From assembly GCA_963663895.2 (NCBI GenBank), contig CAXXRD010000003.1:192001-256000 (forward strand): a stretch of DNA of 64,000 nt, written 5' to 3'. Positions 44,625 to 57,099 of this stretch are shown here, piece after piece (within the stretch, counting starts at the first letter, position 1; each line of letters begins with the position of its first letter). Under the pieces are notes generated by a model. It had not been told where the DNA came from, made no database searches, and saw nothing but the letters and a program-made list of their open reading frames with translations. The DNA comes from Dehalococcoidia bacterium. Lineage in GTDB: Bacteria > Chloroflexota > Dehalococcoidia > Bin125. A program made the position numbers and the translations under genes.

Positions 44625-45432
44625 CCGCGCAGCAGCGACGAGCGAACCTCACGGAGCCATCACCGAGCGTGCACGACTCCAGGTCGTCTTAGCGCGCGCG
44701 GGAATCGCATCCCGCCGCGCCACCGCCAAGCTGGTCGCAGCAGGACGCGTTCGCGTCAACGGCGAAGTCGTGCGCGATGCGAGCCGACGAGTCGATCCCT
44801 CCCGAGACACGATCCTGCTGGATGGAAATCCCGCAGGGACTTCGGAACCTCTGCGCTACTACGCGCTCCACAAGCCTCGCGGGGTGTTATCGAGTGCAGG
44901 AGACAAGCGAGGACGGCGCACGGTCATCGATCTATTACCCAAGAACTCGGGTCGCTGCGTACCGGTAGGACGGTTGGACTACGACAGCGAAGGGCTCCTA
45001 CTGCTCACCAACGACGGACCACTCGTCACAAGCTTGCTTCACCCAAGCGGAGAAGTGCCGCGCGAGTACCTGGTCGAGGTCGAGGGACACGTTTCCGACG
45101 CCACGCTCGACGCGATCTTTACCGGGGTCACCTTGCCGGACGGCAGCACGGCCTCCGCGAAACCGAAACGCTCGCACCGATCAGGCCGAGAGTCTTCCTG
45201 GCTCGTACTGACGCTCCGGCGCGGGCGCAAGCATGAGGTGCGTCAGATCTGCGCAGCAGTGGGGCATCCCGTACGACGTCTGATCCGGGTACGGTTCGGT
45301 CCGATCCGCCTGCGCGACTTGGAGCCAGGCGCGGTGCGGCCGCTGACGGATCGGGAGGTCCGCCTGATCCGACAGCGGAGCAAGAAGCAAGCGGCGAAAC
45401 AGCTGAGCCCGGCAAGCACTCGCCCCGGCTAA
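44617..45432 (+). CDS. rluB: rRNA pseudouridine synthase (RsuA/RluB family)
   Basis: S4 domain RLQVVLARAGIASRR, HKPRGV, PVGRLDYDSEGLLLLTNDG. Confidence 0.92.
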   Translation: MADRAAATSEPHGAITERARLQVVLARAGIASRRATAKLVAAGRVRVNGEVVRDASRRVDPSRDTILLDGNPAGTSEPLRYYALHKPRGVLSSAGDKRGRRTVIDLLPKNSGRCVPVGRLDYDSEGLLLLTNDGPLVTSLLHPSGEVPREYLVEVEGHVSDATLDAIFTGVTLPDGSTASAKPKRSHRSGRESSWLVLTLRRGRKHEVRQICAAVGHPVRRLIRVRFGPIRLRDLEPGAVRPLTDREVRLIRQRSKKQAAKQLSPASTRPG

Positions 45433-45469
45433 TCGGCTGCTCGTAGCAACCCCAACCGTATAATCGATT

Positions 45470-46183
45470 GTGATGTCGAACGCGGCCCCCCTGAGTGTGA
45501 TCGCGATTGACGGGCCAGTGGCGTCGGGAAAAACCGTGCTGGGGCGACGACTGGCCGAACGGCTCGGCTGGCGCGCCCTCGACACCGGAGTAATGTACCG
45601 CGCTCTGACCTGGCTGGCGCTCGAGCGTGGCGTCGACCTGCAAGATGAAACGGCCCTGACGCGCTTGGCAGAAGAGACAAAGCTCGAGGTGGGGCCGCCA
45701 CCGCCCGCAAGCAGCGAGAGCGCGACGATCATCGTCGATGGACTGGATGCCACTCCTCACCTGCGTTCCTCCCACGTTGAGGCGAGTGTGTCGATAGTCG
45801 CAGCGGTGCCCGGCGTGCGACGGCGGATGGTGCAGCTACAGCGGGAAGAGGCACAGCAGGGCCGGATCGTAATGATGGGCCGAGACATCGGGACGGTGGT
45901 CGTCGAGGAGGCCGCCGTGAAGATCTACTTAGAGGCGTCGCCAGAGGTGCGGGCGCAGCGACGGGCAGCGGAGCGGCGCGCCGGCGGCGCGACAGTCGAG
46001 GAGGCCTCCGTGCTCGAGGAATTGGACAACCGCGATCGGCGAGACAAGAAACGAGATGATTCGCCTCTGCGTCCGTCGAAAGGCGCCCAACGCCTTAACA
46101 CGGATGACATGAGCATCGAAGAGACTGTAAAAGCAGCGCTGCGCATTGCAGAGAGCAGGCTGCCGAAGGAGCTCTTGCTGTGA
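45470..46183 (+). CDS. cmk: Cytidylate kinase
   Basis: IAIDGPVASGKT, LDTGVMYRA, GRDIGTVV, RDRRD. Confidence 0.97.
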   Translation: MMSNAAPLSVIAIDGPVASGKTVLGRRLAERLGWRALDTGVMYRALTWLALERGVDLQDETALTRLAEETKLEVGPPPPASSESATIIVDGLDATPHLRSSHVEASVSIVAAVPGVRRRMVQLQREEAQQGRIVMMGRDIGTVVVEEAAVKIYLEASPEVRAQRRAAERRAGGATVEEASVLEELDNRDRRDKKRDDSPLRPSKGAQRLNTDDMSIEETVKAALRIAESRLPKELLL

Positions 46184-46986
46184 GTCCCTGGCTCAAGCTG
46201 CGGCGGGAATTCTTACGGGCGACGATCGGCGAATCGAAATTGTTGCTGCGAGTCGAGATGCCCGCCATGCCGAATCCCTGGTGGCCCTGGTATTACGGAT
46301 GCGTGCTGGCCTGTCGCTGGTACTTCCGGCTAGGGGCGCGGCTCGAGGTAATCGGGATGGAACATCTGCCCAAAGGCGGAGGCTGGATGTTCGCATCCAA
46401 TCACCTCTCGTCGGCAGACCCGTCGCTCCTCACCAGCATCCTGCTCCCCCGCTGGGTACGCTATATGGGCAAGATCGAGCTGTTTCGGAAGCCCGTACTG
46501 GGATTTCTCTTCGCGCTCTCGGGAACGTTCCCCGTTCGCCGCTTCGATCGTGACCTCGGAGCGCTCCGGGAGGCGGAGGCGCTACTCGCAGCGGGGGAGA
46601 TCGTGGGGATGTTCCCGGAGGGGCATCGCTCCGAGACGGGCGCATTAATCGAGGCGCACCCCGGCACAGCGCTAATCGCGCTGCGCTCGAACGCGCCGGT
46701 GGTACCAGTCGCCATCACAGGTAGCGAAGCCTTCCGCAAGGGTCCGTTGAGCAGCTTGCGCCAGCCGAAGGTGCGGGTGATCTTCGGCAAGCCCTTTCAA
46801 TTCCATCACAGGGGAAGAGCGCGTCGCGCAGATGTCGAAGCGGCTTCGGAGCGCATCATGCGAGAAATTGCCGCGCGTCTACCAGCCCACTATCGTGGAG
46901 TCTACTTGGAGCGCTTCCGCGACCTGCCGAGCAAGGCCAGCATCGATGGCCCAAGGGAGGCCGTCGCCACAGAATCGAGGGCGTAA
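46180..46986 (+). CDS. plsC: 1-acyl-sn-glycerol-3-phosphate acyltransferase
   Basis: NHLSSAD (HX4D), FPVRR, FPEGHRS, VVPVAITG. Confidence 0.9.
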   Translation: MSPWLKLRREFLRATIGESKLLLRVEMPAMPNPWWPWYYGCVLACRWYFRLGARLEVIGMEHLPKGGGWMFASNHLSSADPSLLTSILLPRWVRYMGKIELFRKPVLGFLFALSGTFPVRRFDRDLGALREAEALLAAGEIVGMFPEGHRSETGALIEAHPGTALIALRSNAPVVPVAITGSEAFRKGPLSSLRQPKVRVIFGKPFQFHHRGRARRADVEAASERIMREIAARLPAHYRGVYLERFRDLPSKASIDGPREAVATESRA

Positions 46987-47849
46987 TGAGAATCGTTCGC
47001 TCGCGCGACATGGGGTTCTGTTTCGGCGTGCGCCGCGCCGTGGACATGATGAAGGAAGCGGCGACGGAAGGCCGTGAGGTGACAACGCTGGGAATGGTGG
47101 TCCACAACCCCCAAGTGGTTCAGCAGCTGGAGAAGGTAGGGATCTACAACAACGAGCACAGGACGACAGAGGGCGTGGCCACCAACACGGTCGCCATCAC
47201 CGCGCACGGTGTAGGTGAAGATATGATCGACGAGATCAAGCGCGAAGGCCATCAGGTGATCGATACGACGTGCCAATTCGTCGTGCGGTCACAGCGCGCG
47301 GCCAAGCACCTCGCTGAAGCGGGCTTCACGATCATCATCTTCGGCGACCCCGAGCACCCCGAGGTCAAAGGCGTCATGGGATGGACCAAAGGGCGGGGGA
47401 TCGTAGTGCCCTCGGAGGATTTGGAAGGCCTGCCTCCGGTACTGCCCAGTAAGGTCGGCGTGATCTCCCAGACAACCCACACGCCGGAGCGCTTTGCCCG
47501 CTTCGTCGGCAACCTCATGACCGCACGCATCGATCAGATCACCGACCTGCGCGTGGTCAACGTGCTGTGCAACGCGACCACCTCACAGCAAGCGGCGACG
47601 CGCGACCTTGCGAGCGAAGTGGATCTGATGATCGTAGTCGGCGGTCACAACAGCGCGAATACTCGGCACCTGGCCGAGCTAAGTCGCGCGAACGGCGTTA
47701 CCACCTACCACGTGGAAACCGCGGCGGAGCTGGAAGACGAATGGTTCGATGGCTTCGAAACCATCGGCGTGACGGCCGGTGCGTCGACGCCGGACTTCTC
47801 GATCGACGAAGTCGTCAGGCGGATCGAGGCGATCGGCCACATCAACTGA
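46986..47849 (+). CDS. ispH: 4-hydroxy-3-methylbut-2-enyl diphosphate reductase
   Basis: GFCFGVRRA, AHGV, DTTCQFV, HPEV, SQTT, CNAT, GVTAGASTP. Confidence 0.97.
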   Translation: MRIVRSRDMGFCFGVRRAVDMMKEAATEGREVTTLGMVVHNPQVVQQLEKVGIYNNEHRTTEGVATNTVAITAHGVGEDMIDEIKREGHQVIDTTCQFVVRSQRAAKHLAEAGFTIIIFGDPEHPEVKGVMGWTKGRGIVVPSEDLEGLPPVLPSKVGVISQTTHTPERFARFVGNLMTARIDQITDLRVVNVLCNATTSQQAATRDLASEVDLMIVVGGHNSANTRHLAELSRANGVTTYHVETAAELEDEWFDGFETIGVTAGASTPDFSIDEVVRRIEAIGHIN

Positions 47850-47866
47850 GGTCCGATCGGCTGCCC

Positions 47867-49267
47867 ATGGCCGACTCCCCCCCACAGCGCGGGCGCATCG
47901 CCGCAGTCACGCCGGGCAGCCTCGCCGAGGAGGCGGGCTTGCGCCCCGGCGATCGCGTCGTGGCGGTGAACCAGACCACGCTGCGGGACCAGATCGACTA
48001 TCGCTTCGAGACTGCCGAGTCCGTCGTCGAGCTGACGGTGGAAGGAGAGCACGGGCGGGGATACGTCGAGTTCACGAAAGCGCCTGACGAACCGCTGGGG
48101 ATCGAATTCGCCGACGACGCCTTCGACTCCACCCGGATCTGCAACAACAAGTGCTTCTTCTGCTTCCTCAAAGGCCTACCCAAAGGATTGCGCCGGACGC
48201 TCTACATCAAGGATGACGATTACCGGCTCTCTTTATTGCACGGAAACTTCGTCACGCTCACCAACCTGACAGACGATGACTGGGAGCGGATCGCCGAGCA
48301 GCGCCTGAGCCCGCTCAACGTCTCGGTCCACGCAACGGAGCTGGCGTTACGACGTGAACTGCTGGGGAACCCGCAGGCGCCAGACATCGTGGCGCAACTG
48401 CGGCGGCTGGACCAACTCGGGATCCAGGCGCATACGCAAGTCGTGCTCTGCCCCGGCGTGAACGACGGAGCGGCGCTCGACCGCACCATCGGTGATCTCC
48501 TGAACTTACCGAACGTACAGACGATCGCGGTAGTCCCGGTCGGATCCAGTCTGGAGGCCGACGCGCGCATGCGTCATCCCGGGATGCGGGTGCACACCGT
48601 CAAAGAGACGCGCGTCCTCCTGCGGCAGGTGCGCCGCTGGCAGCGCGTGGCACAGGTACAGCGCGGCGCCGTGACGGTCTTCCCTGCGGACGAGTTCTAC
48701 CTACAGGGACGCGCCCGGATTCCCGGAGCGGCAACTTACGGAGATTTCCCCCAATGGGAGAACGGAATCGGGATGGTGCGCACGCTCCTCGATGACTGGG
48801 CCACGACCCGACAGCGCTTGCAACGGAGAAAAAAGCGCGGCCCGCCCACCTTGGAGCACGTGACGGTCGCGTGCGGCACCCTAATCGCCCCGACGCTGCA
48901 GACGGTAATGACGGAGGCAGGGTCGCTGGTCGGTGCACGAATCGACGTGGTGCCGATCCGAAACTCCCTATTCGGGCCGCGTATCAATGTCTCGGGACTG
49001 CTGCCCGGCAGCGCAATCATCAAGCAGCTGCGGGCCCATGCGCTGGGCGAGCACATTTTCCTGCCACGGGCGAGCTTGGATTATTTCGGCCAGCGCTTCT
49101 TGGATGATGAGACGCCGGCCCAGCTCAGCGCGGCGCTGGAGCGACCCATCGCCTTTGCCTATACCGCAAGCGAGATCGTAGAGTGGGTCACTGCTGCGGC
49201 CGATCATCGTCCGCCCGCAACCCGGGCAGTGCGGTCGAACGGGCGCGCTTGGGCGATCGCGGGGTAG
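47867..49267 (+). CDS. PDZ-containing radical-SAM-like DUF512 protein
   Basis: N-terminal PDZ-like region, CNNKCFFC (CX3CX2C), LYIKDDDYRLS, QWENGIGMVR. Confidence 0.9.
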   Translation: MADSPPQRGRIAAVTPGSLAEEAGLRPGDRVVAVNQTTLRDQIDYRFETAESVVELTVEGEHGRGYVEFTKAPDEPLGIEFADDAFDSTRICNNKCFFCFLKGLPKGLRRTLYIKDDDYRLSLLHGNFVTLTNLTDDDWERIAEQRLSPLNVSVHATELALRRELLGNPQAPDIVAQLRRLDQLGIQAHTQVVLCPGVNDGAALDRTIGDLLNLPNVQTIAVVPVGSSLEADARMRHPGMRVHTVKETRVLLRQVRRWQRVAQVQRGAVTVFPADEFYLQGRARIPGAATYGDFPQWENGIGMVRTLLDDWATTRQRLQRRKKRGPPTLEHVTVACGTLIAPTLQTVMTEAGSLVGARIDVVPIRNSLFGPRINVSGLLPGSAIIKQLRAHALGEHIFLPRASLDYFGQRFLDDETPAQLSAALERPIAFAYTASEIVEWVTAAADHRPPATRAVRSNGRAWAIAG

Positions 49268-49282
49268 GGAGCAGCGCCCTTC

Positions 49283-51130
49283 GTGTGCGGAATCATCGGA
49301 TACGTGGGCTTGCAAGCCGCGGGCCCCATCCTTCTTGAGGGTCTGCACCGCCTGGAGTACCGCGGCTACGACAGTAGCGGCATCGCCGTACTCAACCACG
49401 CCGGCGTACTCGCCGTACACAAGCGCGCCGGTAAGCTGGCCGACCTCACCGCCTCCATTGAAGAGCCACCGGACGGCTGCATCGGACTGGGCCACACCCG
49501 CTGGGCGACCCACGGAGCAGCGACCGACCGCAACGCACATCCGCACACATCAAGCGCCGGCGATGTCGTCGTAGTGCACAACGGGATCGTGGAGAACTTC
49601 CGGGAATTGCGATCGCGCCTGCAAATATCCGGGATCGAGACCGTCACGCAGACCGACACGGAAGTGATCCCGCAACTCATCAGCCTCTACCAACAAGAGG
49701 GGTGTGACTTTCTCACCGCCCTGCGCCGCACGATGGCCGTCCTGCGCGGCGGCAACGCCGTCGTGGCGCTCACGCAAGACCGACCCGACCATCTGTATGT
49801 GGCGCGCAACGGCCATGCAGGGGGCGTCGTCCTCGGCTTCGGCGAGGGCGAAATGTTCGTCGCCAGCGACCTGCCCGCTCTGCTCCCCCATACGGCACGG
49901 ATTCGCCACCTCGCCGACGGTGAGATCGCGGCCGTCACCGCAGAAGGAGCCCGGATCTGGGACCGATCCGGCGCCACCGTGCCGATCGAGCCGCTACAGG
50001 TCGACCTCGATCCCGTGGCCGCGATGAAGGGGCAGTACCGGCACTTCATGCTCAAAGAGATCATGGAACAGCCACGCACCCTCTCCGACACGATCCGCGG
50101 CCGGGCACGCATCGACCCGCCCTCCGTGGAGCTAGCCGACCTCCCCATGGACGACGAAGCGTTGCGAGCGCTACGCCGGGTGCTAATCGTGGGGATGGGG
50201 AGTTCGCTGCATGCCGCGATGATCGGCCGCACCTACATGGAGCGGCTGGCCGGCATTCCCGCCGATTTCGACAACGCCTCCGAGTTCCGATCGCGGGAGC
50301 CGCTGCTAGGACCGGAGACGTTGGTCGTCTCGATCAGTCAGTCGGGGGAGACCGTCGATACCCTCGCCGCGATGCAGCAGGTCGCCGAGATCTGGAAGGC
50401 GCCGCAAGTCACGGTCTGTAACGTCGAAGGAGCCCAGTCGACCCGGATCACTGATGGGGCAGCGATCTACCTGCGTTGCGGGCCCGAGATCGGGGTGGCG
50501 TCCACGAAGTGCTTCACCGCCTCGCTGGCGGCGCTCTATCTGCTGGCCTGCCGCATCGGCATCGCACGCGGCCACTTGGACGGACCAACCGCCGAGCATG
50601 CGATCGAGTGTCTGTTGGCCGCCCCCAGCATCGTCGACCGGATGTTGGACCAGCGCGAAGCGTACGAAGCGCTCGCCGCGCGCTTCACGGAGGCGGAGCA
50701 CATGCTCTACATCGCTCGGGGAATCCAGTACCCCATCGCAATGGAGGGAGCACTCAAGTGCAAGGAAATCTCCTACATCCACGCTGAAGGCTACCCGGGG
50801 GGAGAACTCAAACACGGACCGATCGCGCTGATCGACCGCCGGGTGCCAGTAGTGGCGATCGCGCTGCGAGACGCCCTCTACGAGAAGCTCGTGAGCAATA
50901 TCCAGCAGGTGCAGGCGCGGGGCGGGACCGTTTTCGCCATCGGGAGTGCAGGCGACGAGCAGTTAGCCGCAGGCGCTGATTTTTTCGTTCCAGTGCCCGA
51001 GAGCGATCCCCTCGTGGCGCCCCTCGCCACGGCGATCTCCGCACAGCTCATTGCCTACTACCTCGCACTCGCCCGAGGCGCCGACATCGACCAGCCGCGC
51101 CATCTGGCCAAGACGGTCACCGTCGAGTGA
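49283..51130 (+). CDS. glmS: Glutamine-fructose-6-phosphate aminotransferase
   Basis: MCGIIG, LEYRGYDS, GHTRWATHG, SQSGET, ELKHGP, PRHLAKTVTVE. Confidence 0.99.
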   Translation: MCGIIGYVGLQAAGPILLEGLHRLEYRGYDSSGIAVLNHAGVLAVHKRAGKLADLTASIEEPPDGCIGLGHTRWATHGAATDRNAHPHTSSAGDVVVVHNGIVENFRELRSRLQISGIETVTQTDTEVIPQLISLYQQEGCDFLTALRRTMAVLRGGNAVVALTQDRPDHLYVARNGHAGGVVLGFGEGEMFVASDLPALLPHTARIRHLADGEIAAVTAEGARIWDRSGATVPIEPLQVDLDPVAAMKGQYRHFMLKEIMEQPRTLSDTIRGRARIDPPSVELADLPMDDEALRALRRVLIVGMGSSLHAAMIGRTYMERLAGIPADFDNASEFRSREPLLGPETLVVSISQSGETVDTLAAMQQVAEIWKAPQVTVCNVEGAQSTRITDGAAIYLRCGPEIGVASTKCFTASLAALYLLACRIGIARGHLDGPTAEHAIECLLAAPSIVDRMLDQREAYEALAARFTEAEHMLYIARGIQYPIAMEGALKCKEISYIHAEGYPGGELKHGPIALIDRRVPVVAIALRDALYEKLVSNIQQVQARGGTVFAIGSAGDEQLAAGADFFVPVPESDPLVAPLATAISAQLIAYYLALARGADIDQPRHLAKTVTVE

Positions 51131-51360
51131 GTAGCGACGCATGCGCCGTCGCGGTCGATCGACCCCACAACCCCCCTATCCGTCCCTCGGCGGCCAAGCC
51201 TTGGGCAGTACCGTGCCGCCAGATATGCTTGGCCGAATTCGTCGTCCTGCACGCGGCGCCCTGTTCCTCGGGAACTCCGGAACCGGCGGCGACGCTTGAT
51301 AGCTGAGTCGGCCGACCCAGCCCAAGCGGCTCGGCAGCGCAGCAGCGTGAGTAATATATT

Positions 51361-53085
51361 ATGACAAGTCGTAGCGGTTCTCTCCTCGTCGCCGTGCTGC
51401 TGGCGGCGATCGTGGTCGTGGCCAGCCTCATTATCTGGCGGCTGATCAACGACGGGGGGAATGCCGGCAGCTCCCTGATCTCCATCTCGCTGCGAGACGG
51501 CGATCTCGTCGGACTCGGTCTCAGCACCGAAATCAGCGTGATCGCGCGAGACGAGAACGCGGTCACCCAAGTCTCGTTGCTTGTTGAAGGAGCGCTCGTA
51601 ACCCAAGCCATCCCCGTCCAAGACGAAGAGAGCGGCGACTACCGAGCGGCGTTGATCTGGGAGCCTGAACAAATCGGGGACGCTTCCATCCTCGTTCGGG
51701 CGCTGACGAGTACCGGCGAGCTGATCGAGCAAGCGATCACCGTAGCGGTTGTCGACCCGGCGGAACTGCCAGCAGACGATCCTGCGGAAGCGCCCGTAGC
51801 CTCCGCCGACACATTCACCAGCAGCCCCGCTGTGACGATCTTGAGCCCCCAGCCAGGCGACCAGGTACCACTGGACACCAGCCTGATCGTGCTCGTGCGC
51901 GGACCAACTGATGTCGCGATGCGCAGTTTTATCCTTGAGGTCAACGGGACGATCATCGCCGAGGAAGCCGCGATCCCGAGGGAAGGCGGCGATTACCAGG
52001 CCGCGCTGACTTGGCAGCCGAGCCAAGAAGGCCCGACGACTCTCCGAGTTAGAGGCACCACAGAGCAGAGTGCGACGGTGGCGCCCGCGGAGGTCATCGT
52101 GCAGGTCGTGAGCGGAGCAGTCACAAGCGCCGAGGACGAACCCTCCGGCGAAGCAGGCAGGCTGACCATCCTGGCACCGAATAACAACGACGATATCGAG
52201 TTCGCGGAGAACGTCCGCATCCCTATCAGCGTGCTCGCAGAAGACGTGGGGCGACTCACCTCGTTGGATCTCTTCGTGAATACCGTGTCGCTCTCCTCGC
52301 TCACACCGGCGGCACTCTCCGCGGGACTCTACCGGGTCGAGATCTCCTTCGAGCCACCGGAGCCCGGTCTCTACGTGCTCGAAGTCGTCGCGTTCGCCGA
52401 GGACGACGGCCGCTTCTCGGACCAGATCGTGATTACCGTAGGTGGAGAGACGACGCCACCAGATGAGGAAGGGCCGCCGGACCTGACGCCGACAGAGATC
52501 GGCGTCGGCGAGGGAAACGCCATCGAGGTCACGCTCTCTAACGCCGGCGACACGCCACTAGAGTCGCAGCCCGTCGTCGTGAGCGTACAGCGCAGCTCGG
52601 ACAACATCTTGATCGACGAAACCACTTTGGATGTCACGCTCCCGGCCAGCGGCTCACAAGTCTTCATCTTGCCGATCCGTCTCACCGAAGCGCTGCAGAT
52701 CACGCTCACGGTCGACACACTGAACGCGATCGAGGAGTCGGACGAGCTCAACAACACGATCACGGCCCTTTTCCAACCGGCGATGCAGGCGGATCTGGTA
52801 GCCCAAGACTTGGCGATCAGCGAGAGCGGGCAGGCAATTATCCGCATCGCGAACGTCGGCGACTCCGACCACGTGGGAACGATCACCGTCCTCCTGCTTT
52901 TGAACGGAGAGACAATCGAGCAACTCGGTTTCAGCGGCCTCCTCGCCTCGCAGGGCTCGCTGACGCTGACGGGGAACATCGTGGTAAGCGGGACAGGGCA
53001 ACTCTCGGCGGTGATCGACCCGGAGGACCTCATCGCCGAGGCCAGCGAGGGCAACAACGCCATAACGATCGAGGTGGGCAGCTAG
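51361..53085 (+). CDS. Membrane-anchored acidic surface protein: 3 Ig-like (Big) plus 2 CARDB domains
   Basis: N-terminal TM; three repeats with TILSP..GD..YxAAL.W.P; two PDL/ADL...N.G...D..N.I.E..E.NN CARDB motifs. Confidence 0.8.
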   Translation: MTSRSGSLLVAVLLAAIVVVASLIIWRLINDGGNAGSSLISISLRDGDLVGLGLSTEISVIARDENAVTQVSLLVEGALVTQAIPVQDEESGDYRAALIWEPEQIGDASILVRALTSTGELIEQAITVAVVDPAELPADDPAEAPVASADTFTSSPAVTILSPQPGDQVPLDTSLIVLVRGPTDVAMRSFILEVNGTIIAEEAAIPREGGDYQAALTWQPSQEGPTTLRVRGTTEQSATVAPAEVIVQVVSGAVTSAEDEPSGEAGRLTILAPNNNDDIEFAENVRIPISVLAEDVGRLTSLDLFVNTVSLSSLTPAALSAGLYRVEISFEPPEPGLYVLEVVAFAEDDGRFSDQIVITVGGETTPPDEEGPPDLTPTEIGVGEGNAIEVTLSNAGDTPLESQPVVVSVQRSSDNILIDETTLDVTLPASGSQVFILPIRLTEALQITLTVDTLNAIEESDELNNTITALFQPAMQADLVAQDLAISESGQAIIRIANVGDSDHVGTITVLLLLNGETIEQLGFSGLLASQGSLTLTGNIVVSGTGQLSAVIDPEDLIAEASEGNNAITIEVGS

Positions 53086-53109
53086 CTTTCCGGCCAGGCG
53101 TTGATTACC

Positions 53110-53142
53110 TGTCAAATCGGCGATTTGACATCGTGGTAGGAT
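53110..53142 (+). promoter_or_regulatory. Perfect 10-bp palindrome plus extended -10 upstream of dnaG-rpoD
   Basis: TGTCAAATCG-G-CGATTTGACA (53110-53130); TGGTAGGAT (53134-53142). Confidence 0.6.
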
Positions 53143-53176
53143 AAATCTGGCTGCGGTAGCCGCTGGATGCCTTTTC

Positions 53177-55086
53177 TTGAGCCAAGTTGACGAGATCAAA
53201 GCCCGGGTTGACATTGTCGATCTGATCGGCGAGGGCGTCGCGCTGCGCAAGAGCGGGCGCACGTTCACAGCGCGCTGCCCGTTTCATACGGAACGGACCC
53301 CTTCCTTCGTCGTCGATCCCCAGCGTCAGAGCTGGCGTTGTTTCGGTGCATGCGCAGAGGGCGGCGACATCTTTTCCTGGGTCATGCGCCGCCAGCAGAT
53401 CGATTTCCGGGAAGCGCTCCGGGTGCTGGCGGAGCGGGCCGGCGTTGCCTTGGAAGCTCCGACACGGGCCCATAGCGAGCGTGAAGAGCGCCGACGCCGC
53501 CTGAACTCCCTGAATGATGCGGCCGCGATCTTCTACCAAAGAAAGCTCGCCGAAAGCCCGGACGCTGCAATAGCACGTAATTATGTCGATGAGCGCGGGA
53601 TTGACGAGGAAACTCAGCAGGCCTTCGGCCTGGGCTACGCAGGCGACGAGCCGGATGCGTTGCTCACCTACCTCACGGCCCGCGGTCATACACCGGATGA
53701 GCTGGTCGCAGCCGGGCTGGCCGTCGAGACGGATCACGGCGCCATCGACCGTTTCCACTCGCGGTTGCTCTTCCCCATCCGCGACGCACGCGGCCGCGCC
53801 GTGGGATTCGGTGGGCGCACCCTCAGCAACGACAGCCCCAAGTACCTCAATACGCCGCAGACGGAGATCTTCGACAAGAGTCGTCTGCTCTACGGACTAG
53901 ACCAGGCGCGCGATGTAATCCGCGAGAAGGACCGCATCGTCATCGTCGAGGGATACATGGACGTGATCGCCGCCCACCAACACGGGCAACTCAACACCGT
54001 CGCCTCGATGGGTACCTCCCTCACCGAAGCGCAGGTTAAGTTGATCAAACCGCTGACACGCAACGTCGTGCTTGCGCTCGACGCCGACGCCGCCGGCGCG
54101 GCCGCAACACTGCGCGGGATCGAAGTAGGACGCGAAGTGATGGGCCATGAATCCCTGCCTGTACCAGACCCCAGCGGGTTGGTCCGATTGCAAGACACTC
54201 TCGCAGCCGACATTCGAATCGCGGAATTGCCGGAGGGGCGCGATCCCGACGCGCTGATTCGGGTCGATCCCGACCTATGGACGGAGATCTTGGAGAACGC
54301 GCCCACTTTCCTGGACTACCGTTTCGCCGCTGCTGTCGGCGCGCGCGACCTGGAGAACGCGCGGGCGCGCGCGGCACTCGTTGAGGAACTGGCGCCACTG
54401 GTGGCGGCGGTCGCCGAGCCCGTGGTGCGGGACGAGTACCTGCAACGGCTCGCTCGCTTGGCGCGTCTGGAAACGAACGCTCTCCGGCAGCGGCTTCGGC
54501 AGCGGCGCACGAGCGCCGCCAGGAATGCTGCGGACGCACACCGTCCCGCAGCCTCTGAACCCATGCCGCCCCGCGATCGGCAGACGGAATTCCTTCTCCA
54601 ATTGCTCGTGGTTCGCCCTGAACTTGTGCCGGATGTGGCACCGGAAGCGCGCCGGTGGATCGGCGGAGGCCTCGCGCAAGAGTTGCTTGAGGCACTCGCG
54701 CAGCCGGAGGCCGATCCCGGCGCGCCGCTGCATGATGCGCTCGCCGCCTTGCGCGCGCGCGCGCGCGCGTTACCGCCTTTCTCGGACGAGGAAGCCGCGC
54801 AAGCCGCGCATCAAACCGTGCAACGGCTGCGCGCACGCCGACTGCGCGAGCAGATGCGTCCGCAGACTGAAGCGATCGCCAGCCACGAACGGACGCACGC
54901 TGCCGCAGATCTCGCGGAGTTAGCGGCACGCGGCACCACTGCGTCGCCGTCCGACCCGGATGTCGCCGCTGCCGTGCAGGCAGTGTTGGAGAACATGGAA
55001 ACGGGCCGGGAGTTGCACCTGCGATCCACGCATAAGAACCACTCCGAACCGCAAGAACCGGCCCGCGCGAAGCTCAAGGAGACCGA

Positions 55087-55090
<4 letters not shown>
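53177..55090 (+). CDS. dnaG: DNA primase
   Basis: [45 protein letters not shown]. Confidence 0.98.
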
Positions 55091-56931
<1,841 letters not shown>

Positions 56932-57099
56932 CCGCGAGAGAGCCGGCCGCGACCGGCGGGTGCAAGCGCGGGAGCAGTCCCTCGCCTCGCGCGGACGAAC
57001 GAGCGCGGAGCGAACCGCATCATTCCTTGACCGTCACACAAAACGGTCCCTACGCTTGGATCCGCACTGCTGCCGAGGATTCGATCGGAGCGCGAGCGC

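Noticed and set aside
49200-49283. glmS ribozyme upstream of glmS
   Set aside because: Only 15 nt separate DUF512 and glmS, and no ribozyme core is present.
51131-51360. GC-rich hairpins between glmS and the CARDB gene (GCGACG/CGTCGC; GTCGGCCGAC)
   Set aside because: Short GC palindromes are expected by chance; at most a weak terminator, with no recognisable RNA family.
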